Part shown: in pieces, positions 22,394 to 35,100 of the stretch
How the letters are laid out: every line of letters starts with the position of its first letter
How positions within the stretch are numbered: position 1 is the stretch's first letter
Assembly: GCA_964247055.1 (NCBI GenBank)
Contig: OZ176054.1
Span: forward strand, 10,106,001 to 10,170,000
Origin: Paragordius varius
Lineage: Eukaryota > Animalia > Nematomorpha
Length of the DNA stretch: 64,000 nucleotides
Direction of reading: 5' to 3'
The notes under the pieces: generated by a model
Told to the model about the DNA's origin: nothing
What the model saw: the letters and a program-made list of their open reading frames with translations, nothing else
Databases searched by the model: none
Position numbers and translations under genes: made by a program

Positions 22394-22541
22394 TAAAATT
22401 ATAATATAAATTCAATTATTAAATAACAGGTTAAAACTAATAAATTTTGGGGTTTTATTTAATTTTGACCTATTTTTAATGAATATCATTGGATACGTTA
22501 TTTTTCCTTAAGTATCTGTCAACGGTTCAAATGACACGCGG

Positions 22542-22544
<3 letters not shown>

Positions 22545-22586
<42 letters not shown>
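22545..22586. repeat. (TA)21 microsatellite abutting the hAT left end
   Basis: Direct reading of the sequence. Confidence 0.95.
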
Positions 22587-22587
<1 letters not shown>

Positions 22588-22769
22588 CAGTGGAGTACCG
22601 AGCATTTGCAGCGCCCGGGGTATAAAACTCTTATGTCGCTCCCTCCCCCTTCTTCTTTTTGAAAGCCAATGAAACAATTTAGTAAAAAAATATAAACATT
22701 CTTAAATGCTTCATTAAAATTAATTTTAGGATCTTACAATCTATGTTGAACCCTATCTATTTTTATAAG

Positions 22770-23733
22770 TGTTTGATGCCAGAAAAATGTTAAAAATTGA
22801 AAAACACCCTGAAATGGATGCCTCACTTCTTGTTTCACTAGTATTTATATTTTTACTTAAATCTTCTAATAGCTATATCAAATCATCTATTCCCTCAACA
22901 ATGGCATTAAGTGCTTGAATTTTAGCACACCATCTGGTTTCATACTAACGCTTAACAGTTTTTTAGCTTATTTTTTAATAGGTCCCATCTAATAGTTGAA
23001 CAAACAAAGATGACATTTTCAATTATTCCGAACAGGTCACAACAGTAACTTGTTTTGCTACAGTGACTCCTACTAAATTCAAAGAATGATTGTCACAATT
23101 GACAAATATTGCCCTTTTATTTTTTCCAGAATTCTTTGTTGAACGCTTGAAATGTGACCCGACATCACAGCTGCATTATCATAGCATTTAGATCTACAAT
23201 TTGATATGAATATTATTCATATTTTTTCCTAAAATTAGCTTTTCAGAATTCCTTTATGACAACTTTTTTTTCTCATAATCAATAAACACTTTCTCATAAT
23301 CAATAAACACTTACCTGGCTGGAGAATCAATGTTTCTTATGTGTTCTCCCATTATTGGGTCAAACTGAGCTACAAGTTTTAGTAAAATAAGAAATTTCTA
23401 AGATTTGGTGCTGAGTCATCTATATACATTAAACTTGCAACATGTCCTCGAATAGGGAGATTTTGGTTGATTAGGATTTTTATGCAAGCCAATATTCGAT
23501 GTAATAAGATCGATCAAAAAGTAGGCAACAATAACAATACGCAGATCTGTATTGGTGAATATAGAAACCAAGACCTTCAACTTCAAATCCTTCTTTTTTA
23601 CCGAGACGTCGATTTTTGTTTCAAAGAGATGGCATTCATTTTGATATACTTGAGATCCACGAATAATCATTTCTGTGCGAAGCTGATTAGATATTACGGG
23701 AGGAACAATATTATTAGAAAAAGGCGACATCAT
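22770..23733 (-). pseudogene. hAT transposase pseudogene (ZMYM1-like / DUF4371-type), internally deleted and frameshifted
   Basis: Minus-strand motifs occur in order: RSWFLYSP..AYCYCCLLF (TTF-type zinc finger), NQNLPIRGH...RNFL..LVAQFDPIMGEHI, NCRSKCYDNAAVMSGHISSVQQRILEKNKRAIFVNCDNHSLNL (CxxH motif), and ETRWCAKIQALNAI...ETRSEA. Confidence 0.85.
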
Positions 23734-23921
23734 TTAACTCTATAGGTATAGCACTTGGAATTACTAATAGTATATTTGTAGTTTTCTCATCTCTTATTAA
23801 ATTATTAACTTGGGTTTCAGGTTTATTTAAGTTATTTTATTAAGGGCTACGGTTATGTTTGTGTCGCACACACTTCCATCATTGTTATGGTCAGATATTT
23901 TTGTTAAATAAGATTTCATAC

Positions 23922-24248
23922 TGTTATGTATAATAACTTAATTGTTTTTGTTAACTTAACTCAATTGATCTTATTTTAGTTACCTTATAAAAATATAATA
24001 TCCTTACCTTTGTGCATAATACACCTTTGTACTTGTTACGCTAAAAATGTATATTATCTTGGTTGTGAATGCTTTTACCTAAATACTGTAATATTGAACC
24101 TTATGCAAATATATAACTTGTGAATGCTTTCATCTAAATATTGAAATATTTAACCTTATGCAAAAATGCAACCTCGCTCTAAAACTATATATAATGGAAC
24201 ATAGTTTTTTATGATATAAAATAAATTCCTTTTTTTTCGCTTATTACA
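23922..24248 (+). repeat. 5' LTR (327 bp)
   Basis: tgttatgtataat...cgcttattaca. Contains an internal tandem duplication with a period of about 55 bp (24063-24172). Confidence 0.95.
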
Positions 24249-24250
24249 TT

Positions 24251-24262
24251 TGGCGCGGTCGA
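24251..24262 (+). promoter_or_regulatory. Primer-binding site TGGCGCGGTCGA (probably tRNA-Ser)
   Basis: Lies 2 nt after the 5' LTR and starts TGG. Resembles TGGCGCAGTCGG, the complement of the 3' end of insect tRNA-Ser(AGA). The tRNA identity is an inference. Confidence 0.6.
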
Positions 24263-24293
24263 TTTTTTTTTGTATTACGTTGTATTCATTATT

Positions 24294-24806
24294 ATGGAAA
24301 AAATAAGTATTGAAAGTTATAAAATCAATAATAATTTTACGGAATATATTAAATATTTACGAAGAAATTTAGTAATTAAAGGAATACAGGATAATAATGA
24401 AAATATTAAAGCCATCTTTCTTGCCCAATCCGGTATTGATAACATTTTTAAAATGGAACAATTCTTTTACCCCGTTAATATTGAAAAAATATCTTGGGAG
24501 GAGATTTATGAAGCTGGGGTGAAAATATTTCAGCCAACCAAAAATACTTTTTTATCCCGATTCGATTTTTTTAGAGCGGAACGATTAGCGGGTGAAGGAT
24601 TCTTGGAATTTTTTATAAGACTCAAAAATATGGCCGCTGCATGCGAATTCAAAGGAAACGTTGACGAATTAATACGGGACGTGTTTATATGTGGGTTGAA
24701 GGAGAAAAAACTAGAGACTGAACTGCTGAACAGGTATCCAAAGGCATTAGACAACGACACATTAGTGGGATTAAATAAGGTTCCAAATTTGGCATTAGCG
24801 TTTTAA
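24294..24806 (+). pseudogene. gag: gag (capsid part), ending at an in-frame TAA
   Basis: SRFDFFRAERLAGEGFLEFFIRLKNMAAACEFKGNVDELIRDVFICGL is a typical Mag-type Gag segment. The same frame resumes after TAA 24804-24806. Confidence 0.8.
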
Positions 24807-25378
24807 AATTCTCACCTGGAAGTGAACTCAGTGAGAGCAATATATAATAATGAAAGTATTAATAATGGTAATAATAATGATATTACTAATGGTAATAATA
24901 ATGAAACTTTTAATGATGGTAATATTAATAATAATGAAATATATCTGGTAAGACGCAAACCTGTCGTAAAATCGTGTTTTAAATGCGGTCGCGCCCACAA
25001 ATACGGATGCTGCCCAGCGTTTGGGAAGGTATGTTTCAAATGTCAGGGTAGAAATCATTTCGGAAGCCAATTCCAAAACAAATATGCTGGCAATAACAGG
25101 TATGTGAATAATATCGTAAATAAACCTAAAATAAATGTAAAAATAAACTCAACCCACGTCGAAATGTTATTCGACACGGGGGCCGACATATCTTTAATAA
25201 ATTTTAGCACGTGGGTTAAAATAGGAAAGCCTAAAATAACATTTATTTTAACATAAACACTTATGATAATAATCCTTTACACATAATAGGAGAGACAACT
25301 GTAACTCTTGAATTAAATAAAATAAAAAAGATAACAAAATGCTTTATTACGAAGAGACATCTTCCTCTAATATTTGGC
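24807..25378 (+). pseudogene. Gag nucleocapsid (Asn-rich linker, two zinc knuckles) and aspartic protease, frameshifted near 25235-25253
   Basis: CFKCGRAHKYGCCPAFGKVCFKCQGRNHF, protease LFDTGADISLI, and a continuation NINTYDNNPLHIIGETTV...LIFGMDWI in the RT frame. Confidence 0.85.
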
Positions 25379-26435
25379 ATGGATTGGATCCAGTTATTCA
25401 ATATCTCATTGCCTAACGAATTATATATTAATAAATTATATCACACAAATGATATTTACAATAAATTTAAGTCTTTATTTGATAACAAATTGGGTTGTTG
25501 GAAAGGGGAACCCATAAAGATATTTTTAGAAAACAATAGTAGGGGACGGGTATTTCCGGCTAGAAGGGTTCCCTTGGCCTTACAAGAGAAATTAAGTGAA
25601 GAGATCAAAAGGCTAGTATCCTTAAAAATTATTGAACAAGTAGACCCCAAGCAGTCTAAAATTTGTTGGTCCAGTCCTATAGTAAACGTATTAAAGTCAA
25701 ATAATGAATTAAGAATATGCGCAGATTTTAAAGTGTCCATAAACAAATACATTAAAACACCTCAATATATAATACCCACATTTGATGATTTGATTTCCAA
25801 AATTTCACATGGTAAGACGTTTTCAACATTAGATTTAAAAGATGCTTATCTTCAGATTCCAGTGCATCCGGAATCTCAAAATCTTCTCACAATATCCACA
25901 CCTCTTGGGTTTTTTAAATATACTAAGCTCCCTTTTGGTCTGTCGTGCGCACCTAGTTTTTTCCAACAAATCATGGATGAGCTATTAGGAGATTGTAAGG
26001 GAACAGCGGTCTATTTAGATGATGTAATTGTTACGGGGGAAACGGATGAAGAGCATTATAGAAACCTAACACAAGTATTTGAAAGATTAGAACGAATGGG
26101 TCTTAAATTAAAAAAAGATAAAATAAAGCTTTTTCAACAGGAAGTAGAATATTTGGGGTTTACTATATCAGAAAAAAGTATAAAACCAGCGAGCAGTAAG
26201 ATTAAAGCCATTCGCGAGTGTCCAGCCCCTAAAGATAAAACAAGTCTCCGTTCGTTTTTGGGCCTTTTAAACTTTCATTCACGATTTATACCTTCTCTAA
26301 ATACAATTGTTAACGAACTCCATCAGCTAGCTGGTTCCAAAAAGAAATGGTGTTGGACCGAGGTACACCAAAATATTTTTGAAAGGGCGAAGTTATTAAT
26401 AGGGAATAACAGCACCGCCTCTTCCCTTTTAACCC
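25379..26435 (+). pseudogene. pol: Reverse transcriptase domain of pol
   Basis: WSSPIVNV..LRICADFK, FSTLDLKDAYLQ, LPFGL, YLDD, EVEYLG, LRSFLGLLNF. The frame breaks at about 26410-26435. Confidence 0.95.
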
Positions 26436-28265
26436 AGACTTCCCCTTATTCTAGAAACGGATGCATCTGGGGAGGGGTTTGGGGCCATTTTGTCGCACAG
26501 AACATCGGAAGGTAAACGACCCATTGCATATTTTTCAAAAAAATGTTCCCCGGCAGAGAAAAATTATTCGGTTATAGAAAAAGAGGCAAAAGCCATTGTA
26601 TTGGCCCTAGAGAAATTTAAAACATTTTTATATGGTAGAAAATTTGAGATTGGAACAGATCATAAACCTCTTATCAAATTATTCTGGCAGCAACGTGTAT
26701 TAAGCGAGCTAAACAATAGTAAATTGCTAAGATGGATTTCAAAAACATCCATTTTCGACTTCAACATAATGTACTACCCAGGAACCGAAAATCTAGCAGA
26801 TTCACTATCAAGACTACTAACTGAGATAACTGAAGAGTGCGACAATGACGAGGATATAGCGCAGGAGGTCCGGTTGCTATGGTGTCAGGAGTTAAACTTA
26901 AACAAGGAGAGGGTGCTTAAGGAAACTATGAGCGATGAGACGTGTAAACAGATTAAAGCAGCACGAAAGACTAATGATTGGTCTCATCCGGGGGTGCAGT
27001 CCTATAAACCACTGAGGAATGATATCGAAGAATCATACGGCCTTCTATATTTAGGTGACCGCCTTATTGTGCCTCAAAGCATGAGGGTTGATGTTCTTAA
27101 CTATCTTCATAAAGGTCACCCTGGTATACAGTCCATGAAAGCGTTAGGTAAGAGTGGTGTGTTTTGGCCGAAATTGAACCAGGATATCGAAAAATGGGTG
27201 CAAGGCTGCTCAAATTGTCAAAAGTCACGGTTCAACATTGCAGTAAGCCCGACGTATAAATGGAACCCGAACACCACCGTTTGGGAGCGATTGCATCTCG
27301 ATATAGCGGGGCCCGTAGATAACCTTTACTGGGTCATACTTATAGATCACTGCACCCGTTGGGTGGAAGTAGCACAGCTTAAAACAGTGAACTCGATCAG
27401 TATTTTGAAAGTTTTAGAAGGTTGGTTTGCACGATATGGCACCCCAGAGATGATCGTAACTGATAATGCGTCGTATTTTAAGTCCGGTGATTTTGAAAGA
27501 ATATTAAGTTCCTCTAATATCAAGCATGTAACCTCTGCGCCATACCACCCTCGGACAAATGGTTTAGTGGAAAGGGTCATTCAAACATTGAAAACGCACT
27601 ATTATATGTGTTCTGAAGTAGCAGATCCAGAACGCCGGTTAAACCAGGTACTGTGGGCTTACAGATCAGCACATCACAATGGTATAAATGAGACACCTGC
27701 ACGACTATTCCTAAAACGAAATATACCGACACCGCTGTCCTGGATGAAAGGCAAACCAAAGGATTATATCGATGGTACCCCAGATAATATACGTGAGTTC
27801 GTTCCAGGTGAGAAAGTGTTTATAAAAAATGAGTTGGAAGCCGGTTGGCGAGAGGGAAAAGTTGTAGAGCGGACTGGATTATTGTCCTACAATATCGAAG
27901 ATAGAGGGAGGGTTTTACGAAAGCATACGGATCAATTAAGAAGGCGAAAAGAAGGTCCCGATGAACTTAAGCTAGACGACCCGAAAGAATTGGATAAGCT
28001 AGACGACCCGAAAGAATTGGAATCGGAACAACAGAATAATAATGATAATATCAAAGCCACCCCATTGCATGGTCCTCCTATTGATGACAATATTAATAAT
28101 GACGATACCAATCCTTCCCCGGATATTTGTCAAGATTTCCACAATAATCAGCAAAGTCCCAACGGCGATAAGATTGCAGAACCCCCAAGCCTCGAAGTAC
28201 CAAGGGAGAGACGCTATCCTACCAGAAGCGGAAAAGCCCCTCACAGATACACAAATCACTTTTAA
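26436..28265 (+). pseudogene. pol: RNase H and integrase domains of pol
   Basis: LILETDASGEGFGAILS..RPIAYFS..E.EA.AIV..TDHKPL (RH). HKGHPG..CSNC (HHCC), LHLDIAGP, IVTDNA, NGLVER (DDE). 27-bp tandem duplication (KLDDPKELD x2) near 27968-28022. Confidence 0.95.
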
Positions 28266-28268
28266 ATT

Positions 28269-28280
28269 AGATAGGAGATA
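28269..28280 (+). promoter_or_regulatory. Polypurine tract AGATAGGAGATA
   Basis: Purine-rich run immediately before the 3' LTR. Confidence 0.7.
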
Positions 28281-28615
28281 TGTTATGTATAATAACTTAA
28301 TTGTTTTTGTTAACTTAACTCAATTGATCTTATTTTAGTTACCTTATGAAAATATAATATCCTTACCTTTGTGCACAATACACCTTTGTACTTGTTACGC
28401 TAAAAATGTATATTATAATCTTGGTTGTGAATGCTTTTACCTAAATGCTGTAATATTGAACCTTACCTTATGCAAATATATAACTTGTGAATGCTTTCAT
28501 CTAAATATTGAAATATTTAACCTTATGCAAAAATGCAACCTCGCTCTAAAACTATATATAATGGAACATAGTTTTTTATGATAAAAAATAAATTCCTTTT
28601 TTTTCGCTTATTACA
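28281..28615 (+). repeat. 3' LTR (335 bp)
   Basis: Differs from the 5' LTR by 4 substitutions and two small insertions (3 and 5 bp), by manual alignment. Confidence 0.95.
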
Positions 28616-29119
28616 CATACTCATTAGCATTTTATTTATTTATTTTCTTCCTGGATTTTTTGTTTCCTATTTGCATAACCGCTGAGTTTAGGCTCTGATA
28701 TCTGATGAAAATAATTAAAAAAATACAACTTTATATTAATAAAAATTGTTAGAAATGGAATGATAATGGGGATTTAAATAAATAAAATTGAGTTTTGATA
28801 TTGAATATGATTAAAAAAAATTGCAATTTTATAAGAATAAGAGATAAGATTTTGAATAGAGAGAGGTTAAAATAATTTAATTAAAGGCAATAAAAGAATT
28901 AAAAATTAGTGCGTGTCTGCACATGTTGAAGGGAATTATGAAAGTTGTTTTTTGCATATTTGATCTTGATCTCATTTATATAATTTTTATATTATTTTAG
29001 GGATTACCTAATTTTCTGAAAAATCTTACTTGAAAGTTGTTATTATATTTACATAATTTAAATTTTATTTAAAAAAATATTTAGGCGCCTCTAAATAACG
29101 GCGCCCGGGGCATGATATG

Positions 29120-32100
29120 ACCCAAAGATATTTTAGTATTCCCAACAATCAACCATATTTTTCAACAATCAAATAATATTTCCCACAAAATATATTACCC
29201 CACAATATTTTAGTATTCTACACAATCAACCATATTTTTCAACAATTAAATAATATTATAAACAATCAAAATTACCCAATAATATTTTAGTATTCCCAAC
29301 AATCAACCATATTTTTCAACAATCAAATAATATTTCCCACAATCAAAATATACCCAATAAATTTTTAATATTCCCAACAATCAACCATATTTTTTCAACA
29401 ATCAAATAAAATTTCCCACAATCAAAATATAATTACGCAAAAAATATTTTAGTATTCCCAAAAATCAACCATATTTTTTCAACAATCAAATAATATTTAC
29501 AATAATTAAAATATATTACCCAAAAATATTTTTGTATTCCCAACAATCAACCATATTTTATCAACTATCAAATAATATTTCAAATAATCAAAATATACCC
29601 AATAAAATTTTAGTACTCCTAACAATCCACCATATTTTTCAACAATCAAAATATATTAACATTCATATTATATAAACCAATAATATTTTAGTATTCCCAC
29701 AATCAACCATATTTTTTCAACAATCAAATAATATTTCAATAATTAAAATATATTACCCAAAAATATTTTTGTATTCCCACAATCAACCATATTTTTCAAC
29801 AATCGAATAATATTTCCCACAATCAAAATATACCCAATAATATTTTAGTATTCCCAACAATCAACCATATTTTTCAACAATCAAATAATATTTCCCACAA
29901 TCAAAATATACCCAATAATATTTTAGTATTCCCATCAATCAACCATATTTTTTCAACAATCAAATAATATTTCCAATAATTAAAATATATTACCCAAAAA
30001 TATTTTTGTATTCCCACAATCAACCATATTTTTTCAACAATCAAATAATATTTCCTATAATTAAAATATAATACCCAATAATATATAGTATTCCCAACAA
30101 TCAACCATATTTTATCAACAATCAAATAATATTTCTAATAATCAAAATATAGTGCCTAAAAATATTTTAGTACTCCCAACAATCCACCATATTTTTCAAC
30201 AATCAAAATATATTAACATTCATATTATATAAACCAATAATATTTTAGTATTCGCACAATCAACCATATTTTTTCAACCATCAAATAATATTTCAAATAA
30301 TCAAAATATAGTGCCTAAAAATATTTTAGTATTCCCAACAATCCACCATATTTTTCAACAATCGAATAATATTTCCCACAATCAAAATATACCCAATAAT
30401 ATTTTAGTATTCCCAAAAATCAACCATATTTTTTCCACAATCAAATAATATTTGCAATAATTAAAATATATTACCCAAAAATATTTTTGTATTCCCAACA
30501 ATCAACCATATTTTATCAACTATCAAATAATATTTCAAATAATCAAAATATAGTGCCTAAAAATATTTTAGTATTCCCAACAATCCACCATATTTTTCAA
30601 CAATCAAAATATATTAACATTCATATTATATCAACCAATAATATTTTAGTATTCGCACAATCAACCATATTTTTTCAACCATCAAATAATATTTCAATAA
30701 TTAAAATATATTACCCAAAAATATTTTTGTATTCACAAAAATCAACCATATTTTTTCAACTATCAAATAATATTTCAAATAATCAAAATATACCCAATAA
30801 AATTTTAGTACTTATAACAATCCACCATATTTTTCAACAATCAAAATATATTAACATTCATATTATATAAACCAATAATATTTTAGTATTCCCACAATCA
30901 ACCATATTTTTTCAACAATCAAATAATATTTCCAATAATTAAAATATATTACCCAAAAATATTTTTGTATTCCCACAATCAACCTTATTTTTTTCAACAA
31001 TCAAATAATATTTCCTATAATTAAAATATAATACCCAATAATATATAGTATTCCCAACAATCAACCATATTTTATCAACAATCAAATAATATTTCAAATA
31101 ATCAAAATATAGTGCCTAAAAATATTTTAGTACTCCCAACAATCCACCATATTTTTCAACAATCAAAATATATTAACATTCATATTATATAAACCAATAA
31201 TATAGTATTCGCACAATCAACCATATTTTTTCAACCATCAAATAATATTTCAAATAATCAAAATATACCCAATAATATTTTAGTATTCCCAAAAATCAAC
31301 CATATTTTTTCAACAATCAAATAATATTTACAATAATTAAAATATATTACCCAAAAATATTTTTGTATTCCCAACAATCAACCATATTTTATCAACTATC
31401 AAATAATATTTCAAATAATCAAAATATAGTGCCTAAAAATATTTTAGTATTCCCAACAATCCACCATATTTTTCAACAATCAAAATATATTAACATTCAT
31501 ATTATATAAACCAATAATATTTTAGTATTCCCAAAATCAACCATATTTTTTCAACAATCAAATAATATTTCAATAATTAAAATATATTACCCAAAAATAT
31601 TTTTGTATTCCCAACAATCAACCATATTTTTTCAACAATCAAATAATATTTCAATAATTAAAATATATTACCCAAAAATATTTTTATATTCCCAACAATC
31701 AACCATATTTTTTCAACTATCAAATAATATTTCAAATAATCAAAATATACCCAATAAAATTTTAGTATTTCCAACAATCCACCATATTTTTCAACAATCA
31801 AAATATATTAACATTCATATTATATAAACCAATAATATTTTAGTATTCCCACAATAAACCATATTTTTTCAACAATCAAATAATATTTCAATAATTAAAA
31901 TATATTACCCAAAAATATTTTTGTATTCCCAACAATCAACCATATTTTTTCAACTATCAAATAATATTTCAAATAATCAAAATATACCCAATAAAATTTT
32001 AGTACTCCCAACAATCCACCATATTTTTCAACAATTAAATAATACTTCCAATAATAAAAATATATTACCCAATAATATTAATTTCCAACAATCAACCATA

Positions 32101-35100
32101 TTTTTTCAACTATCAAATAATATTTCCAATAATCAAAATATATTACCCAAAAATATTTTAGTCCAACAATCAACCATATTTTTCAACAATCAAATAATAT
32201 TTCCCACAATCAAAATATACCCAATAATATTTTAGTATTCCCATCAATCAACCATATTTTTTCAACAATCAAATAATATTTCCAATAATTAAAATATATT
32301 ACCCATAAATATTTTTGTATTCCCACAATCAACCATATTTTTTCAACAATCAAATAATATTTCCTATAATTAAAATATAATACCCAATAATATATAGTAT
32401 TCCCAACAATCAACCATATTTTATCAAAAATCAAATAATATTTCAAATAATCAAAATATAGTGCCTAAAAATATTTTAGTACTCCCAACAATCCACCATA
32501 TTTTTCAACAATCAAAATATATTAACATTCATATTATATAAACCAATAATATTTTAGTATTCGCACAATCAACCATATTTTTTCAACCATCAAATAATAT
32601 TTCAAATAATCAAAATATAGTGCCTAAAAATATTTTAGTATTCCCAACAATCAACCATATTTTATCAACTATCAAATAATATTTCAAATAATCAAAATAT
32701 ACCCAATAAAATTTTAGTACTCCTAACAATCCACCATATTTTTCAACAATCAAAATATATTAACATTCATATTATATAAACCAATAATATTTTAATTCCA
32801 ACAATCAACCATATTTTTCAACAATCAAATAATATTTCCCACAATCAAAATATACCCAATAATATTTTAGTATTCCCATCAATCAACCATATTTTTTCAA
32901 CAATCAAATAATATTTCCAAAATAAAACATATTACCCAAAAATATTTTTGTATTCCCACAATCAACCATATTTTTTCAACAATCAAATAATATTTCCTAT
33001 AATTAAAATATACTACCCAATAATATATAGTATTCCCAACAATCAACCATATTTTATCAAAAATCAAATAATATTTCAAATAATCAAAATATAGTGCCTA
33101 AAAATATTTTAGTACTCCCAACAATCCACCATATTTTTCAACAATCAAAATATATTAACATTCATATTATATAAACCAATAGTATTTTAGTATTCCCACA
33201 ATCAACCATATTTTTTCAATAATCAAATAATATTTCAATAATTAAAATATATTACCCAAAAATATTTTTATATTCCCAACAATCAACCATATTTTATCAA
33301 CTATCAAATAATATTTCAAATAATCAAAATATACCTATTAAAATTTTAGTACTCCTAACAATCCACCATATTTTTCAACAATCAAAATATATTAACATTC
33401 ATATTATATAAACCAATAATATTTTAATTCCAAGAATCAACCATATTTTTCAACAATCAAATTATATTTCCCACAATCAAAATATACCCAATAATATTTT
33501 AGTATTCCCATCAATCAACCATATTTTTTCAACAATCAAATAATATTTCCAATTAAAATATATTACCCAAAAATATTTTAGTATTCGCACAATCAACCAT
33601 ATTTTTTCAACCATCAAATAATATTTCAATAATTAAAATATATTACCCAAAAATATTTTTGTATTCACAAAAATCAACCATATTTTTTCAACTATCAAAT
33701 AATATTTCAAATAATCAAAATATACCCAATAAAATTTTAGTACTTATAACAATCCACCATATTTTTCAACAATCAAAATATATTAACATTCATATTATAT
33801 AAACCAATAATATTTTAGTATTCCCACAATCAACCATATTTTTTCAACAATCAAATAATATTTCCAATAATTAAAATATATTACCCAAAAATATTTTTGT
33901 ATTCCCACAATCAACCATATTTTTCAACAATCGAATAATATTTACAATAATTAAAATATATTACCCAAAAATATTTTTGTATTCACAAAAATCAACCATA
34001 TTTTTTCAACTATCAAATAATATTTCAAATAATCAAAATATACCCAATAAAATTTTAGTACTTATAACAATCCACCATATTTTTCAACAATCAAAATATA
34101 TTAACATTCATATTATATAAACCAATAATATTTTAGTATTCCCACAATCAACCATATTTTTTCAACCATCAAATAATATTTCAAATAATCAAAATATACC
34201 CAATAATATTTTAGTATTCCCAAAAATCAACCATATTTTTTCAACAATCAAATAATATTTACAATAATTAAAATATATTACCCAAAAATATTTTTGTATT
34301 CCCAACAATCAACCATATTTTATCAACTATCAAATAATATTTTAAATAATCAAAATATACCCAATAAAATTTTAGTACTCCTAACAATCCACCATATTTT
34401 TCAACAATCAAAATATATTAACATTTATATTATATAAACCAATAATACAATCAACCATATTTTTATAAAATATCAAATAATATTTCAATAATTAAAATAT
34501 ATTACCCAAAAATATTTTTGTATTCCCAAAAATCAACCATATTTTTTCAACTATCAAATAATATTTTAAATAATCAAAATATACCCAATAAAATTTTAGT
34601 ACTCCTAACAATCCACCATATTTTTCAACAATCAAAATATATTAACATTCATATTATATAAACCAATAATATTTTAGTATTCGCACAATCAACCATATTT
34701 TTTCAACCATCAAATAATATTTCAAATAATCAAAATATACCCAATAATATTTTAGTATTCCCAAAAACCAACCATATTTTTTCAACAATCAAATAATATT
34801 TACAATAATTAAAATATATTACCCAAAAATATTTTTGTATTCCCAACAATCAACCATATTTTATCAACTATCTAATAATATTTCAAATAATCAAAATATA
34901 GTGCCTAAAAATATTTTAGTATTCCCAACAATCCACCATATTTTTCAACAATCAAAATATATTAACATTCATATTATATAAACCAATAATATTTTAGTAT
35001 TCCCACAATACACCATATTTTTTCAACAATCAAATAATATTTCAATAATTAAAATATATTACCCAAAAATATTTTTGTATTCCCAAAACTCAACCATATT

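Larger units (their letters stand above)
23922..28615 (+). mobile_element. Full-length Ty3/Gypsy LTR retrotransposon, Mag-like clade, disabled
   Basis: TG...CA LTRs at both ends, 5-bp TSD CATAC (23917-23921 and 28616-28620), PBS, PPT, and domain order gag-PR-RT-RH-IN. The double zinc knuckle CxxCGxxH..CPAxGKxCxxCxxxNHF is typical of Mag-type elements. Confidence 0.95.
22588..29123 (-). mobile_element. Decayed transposase-bearing hAT element hosting the LTR retrotransposon; right terminus missing
   Basis: The left end cagtggagtaccgagcatttgcagcgcccgggg matches 9278 onward. 28995-29123 matches 10465-10593 (tagggatta...tgaaagtt...ttaggcgcc.ctaaataacg.cgcccggggcatgat). The last roughly 24 bp, including the TIR, are replaced by satellite. 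Confidence 0.85.

Noticed and set aside
23467-23745. Plus-strand 92-aa ORF
   Set aside because: It is antisense to the hAT transposase remnant, whose motifs are on the minus strand across several frames.
24804-24806. Ciliate-type genetic code (TAA=Gln) or programmed read-through, prompted by the tiny introns and the in-frame TAA in gag
   Set aside because: The 378- and 591-aa pol frames contain no in-frame TAA/TAG and use CAA/CAG for Gln. A single stop is better explained as a nonsense mutation.
25235-25253. Programmed -1 ribosomal frameshift
   Set aside because: It falls inside the protease domain rather than at the gag-pol junction, and there is no convincing X XXY YYZ heptamer with downstream structure. 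A second shift in RNase H restores the original frame.
24530-28259. Minus-strand ORFs overlapping gag/pol (24530, 24812, 24828, 25456, 27347, 27577, 27999)
   Set aside because: These are antisense shadows of coding sequence with no recognisable motifs. No env-like ORF is present either.
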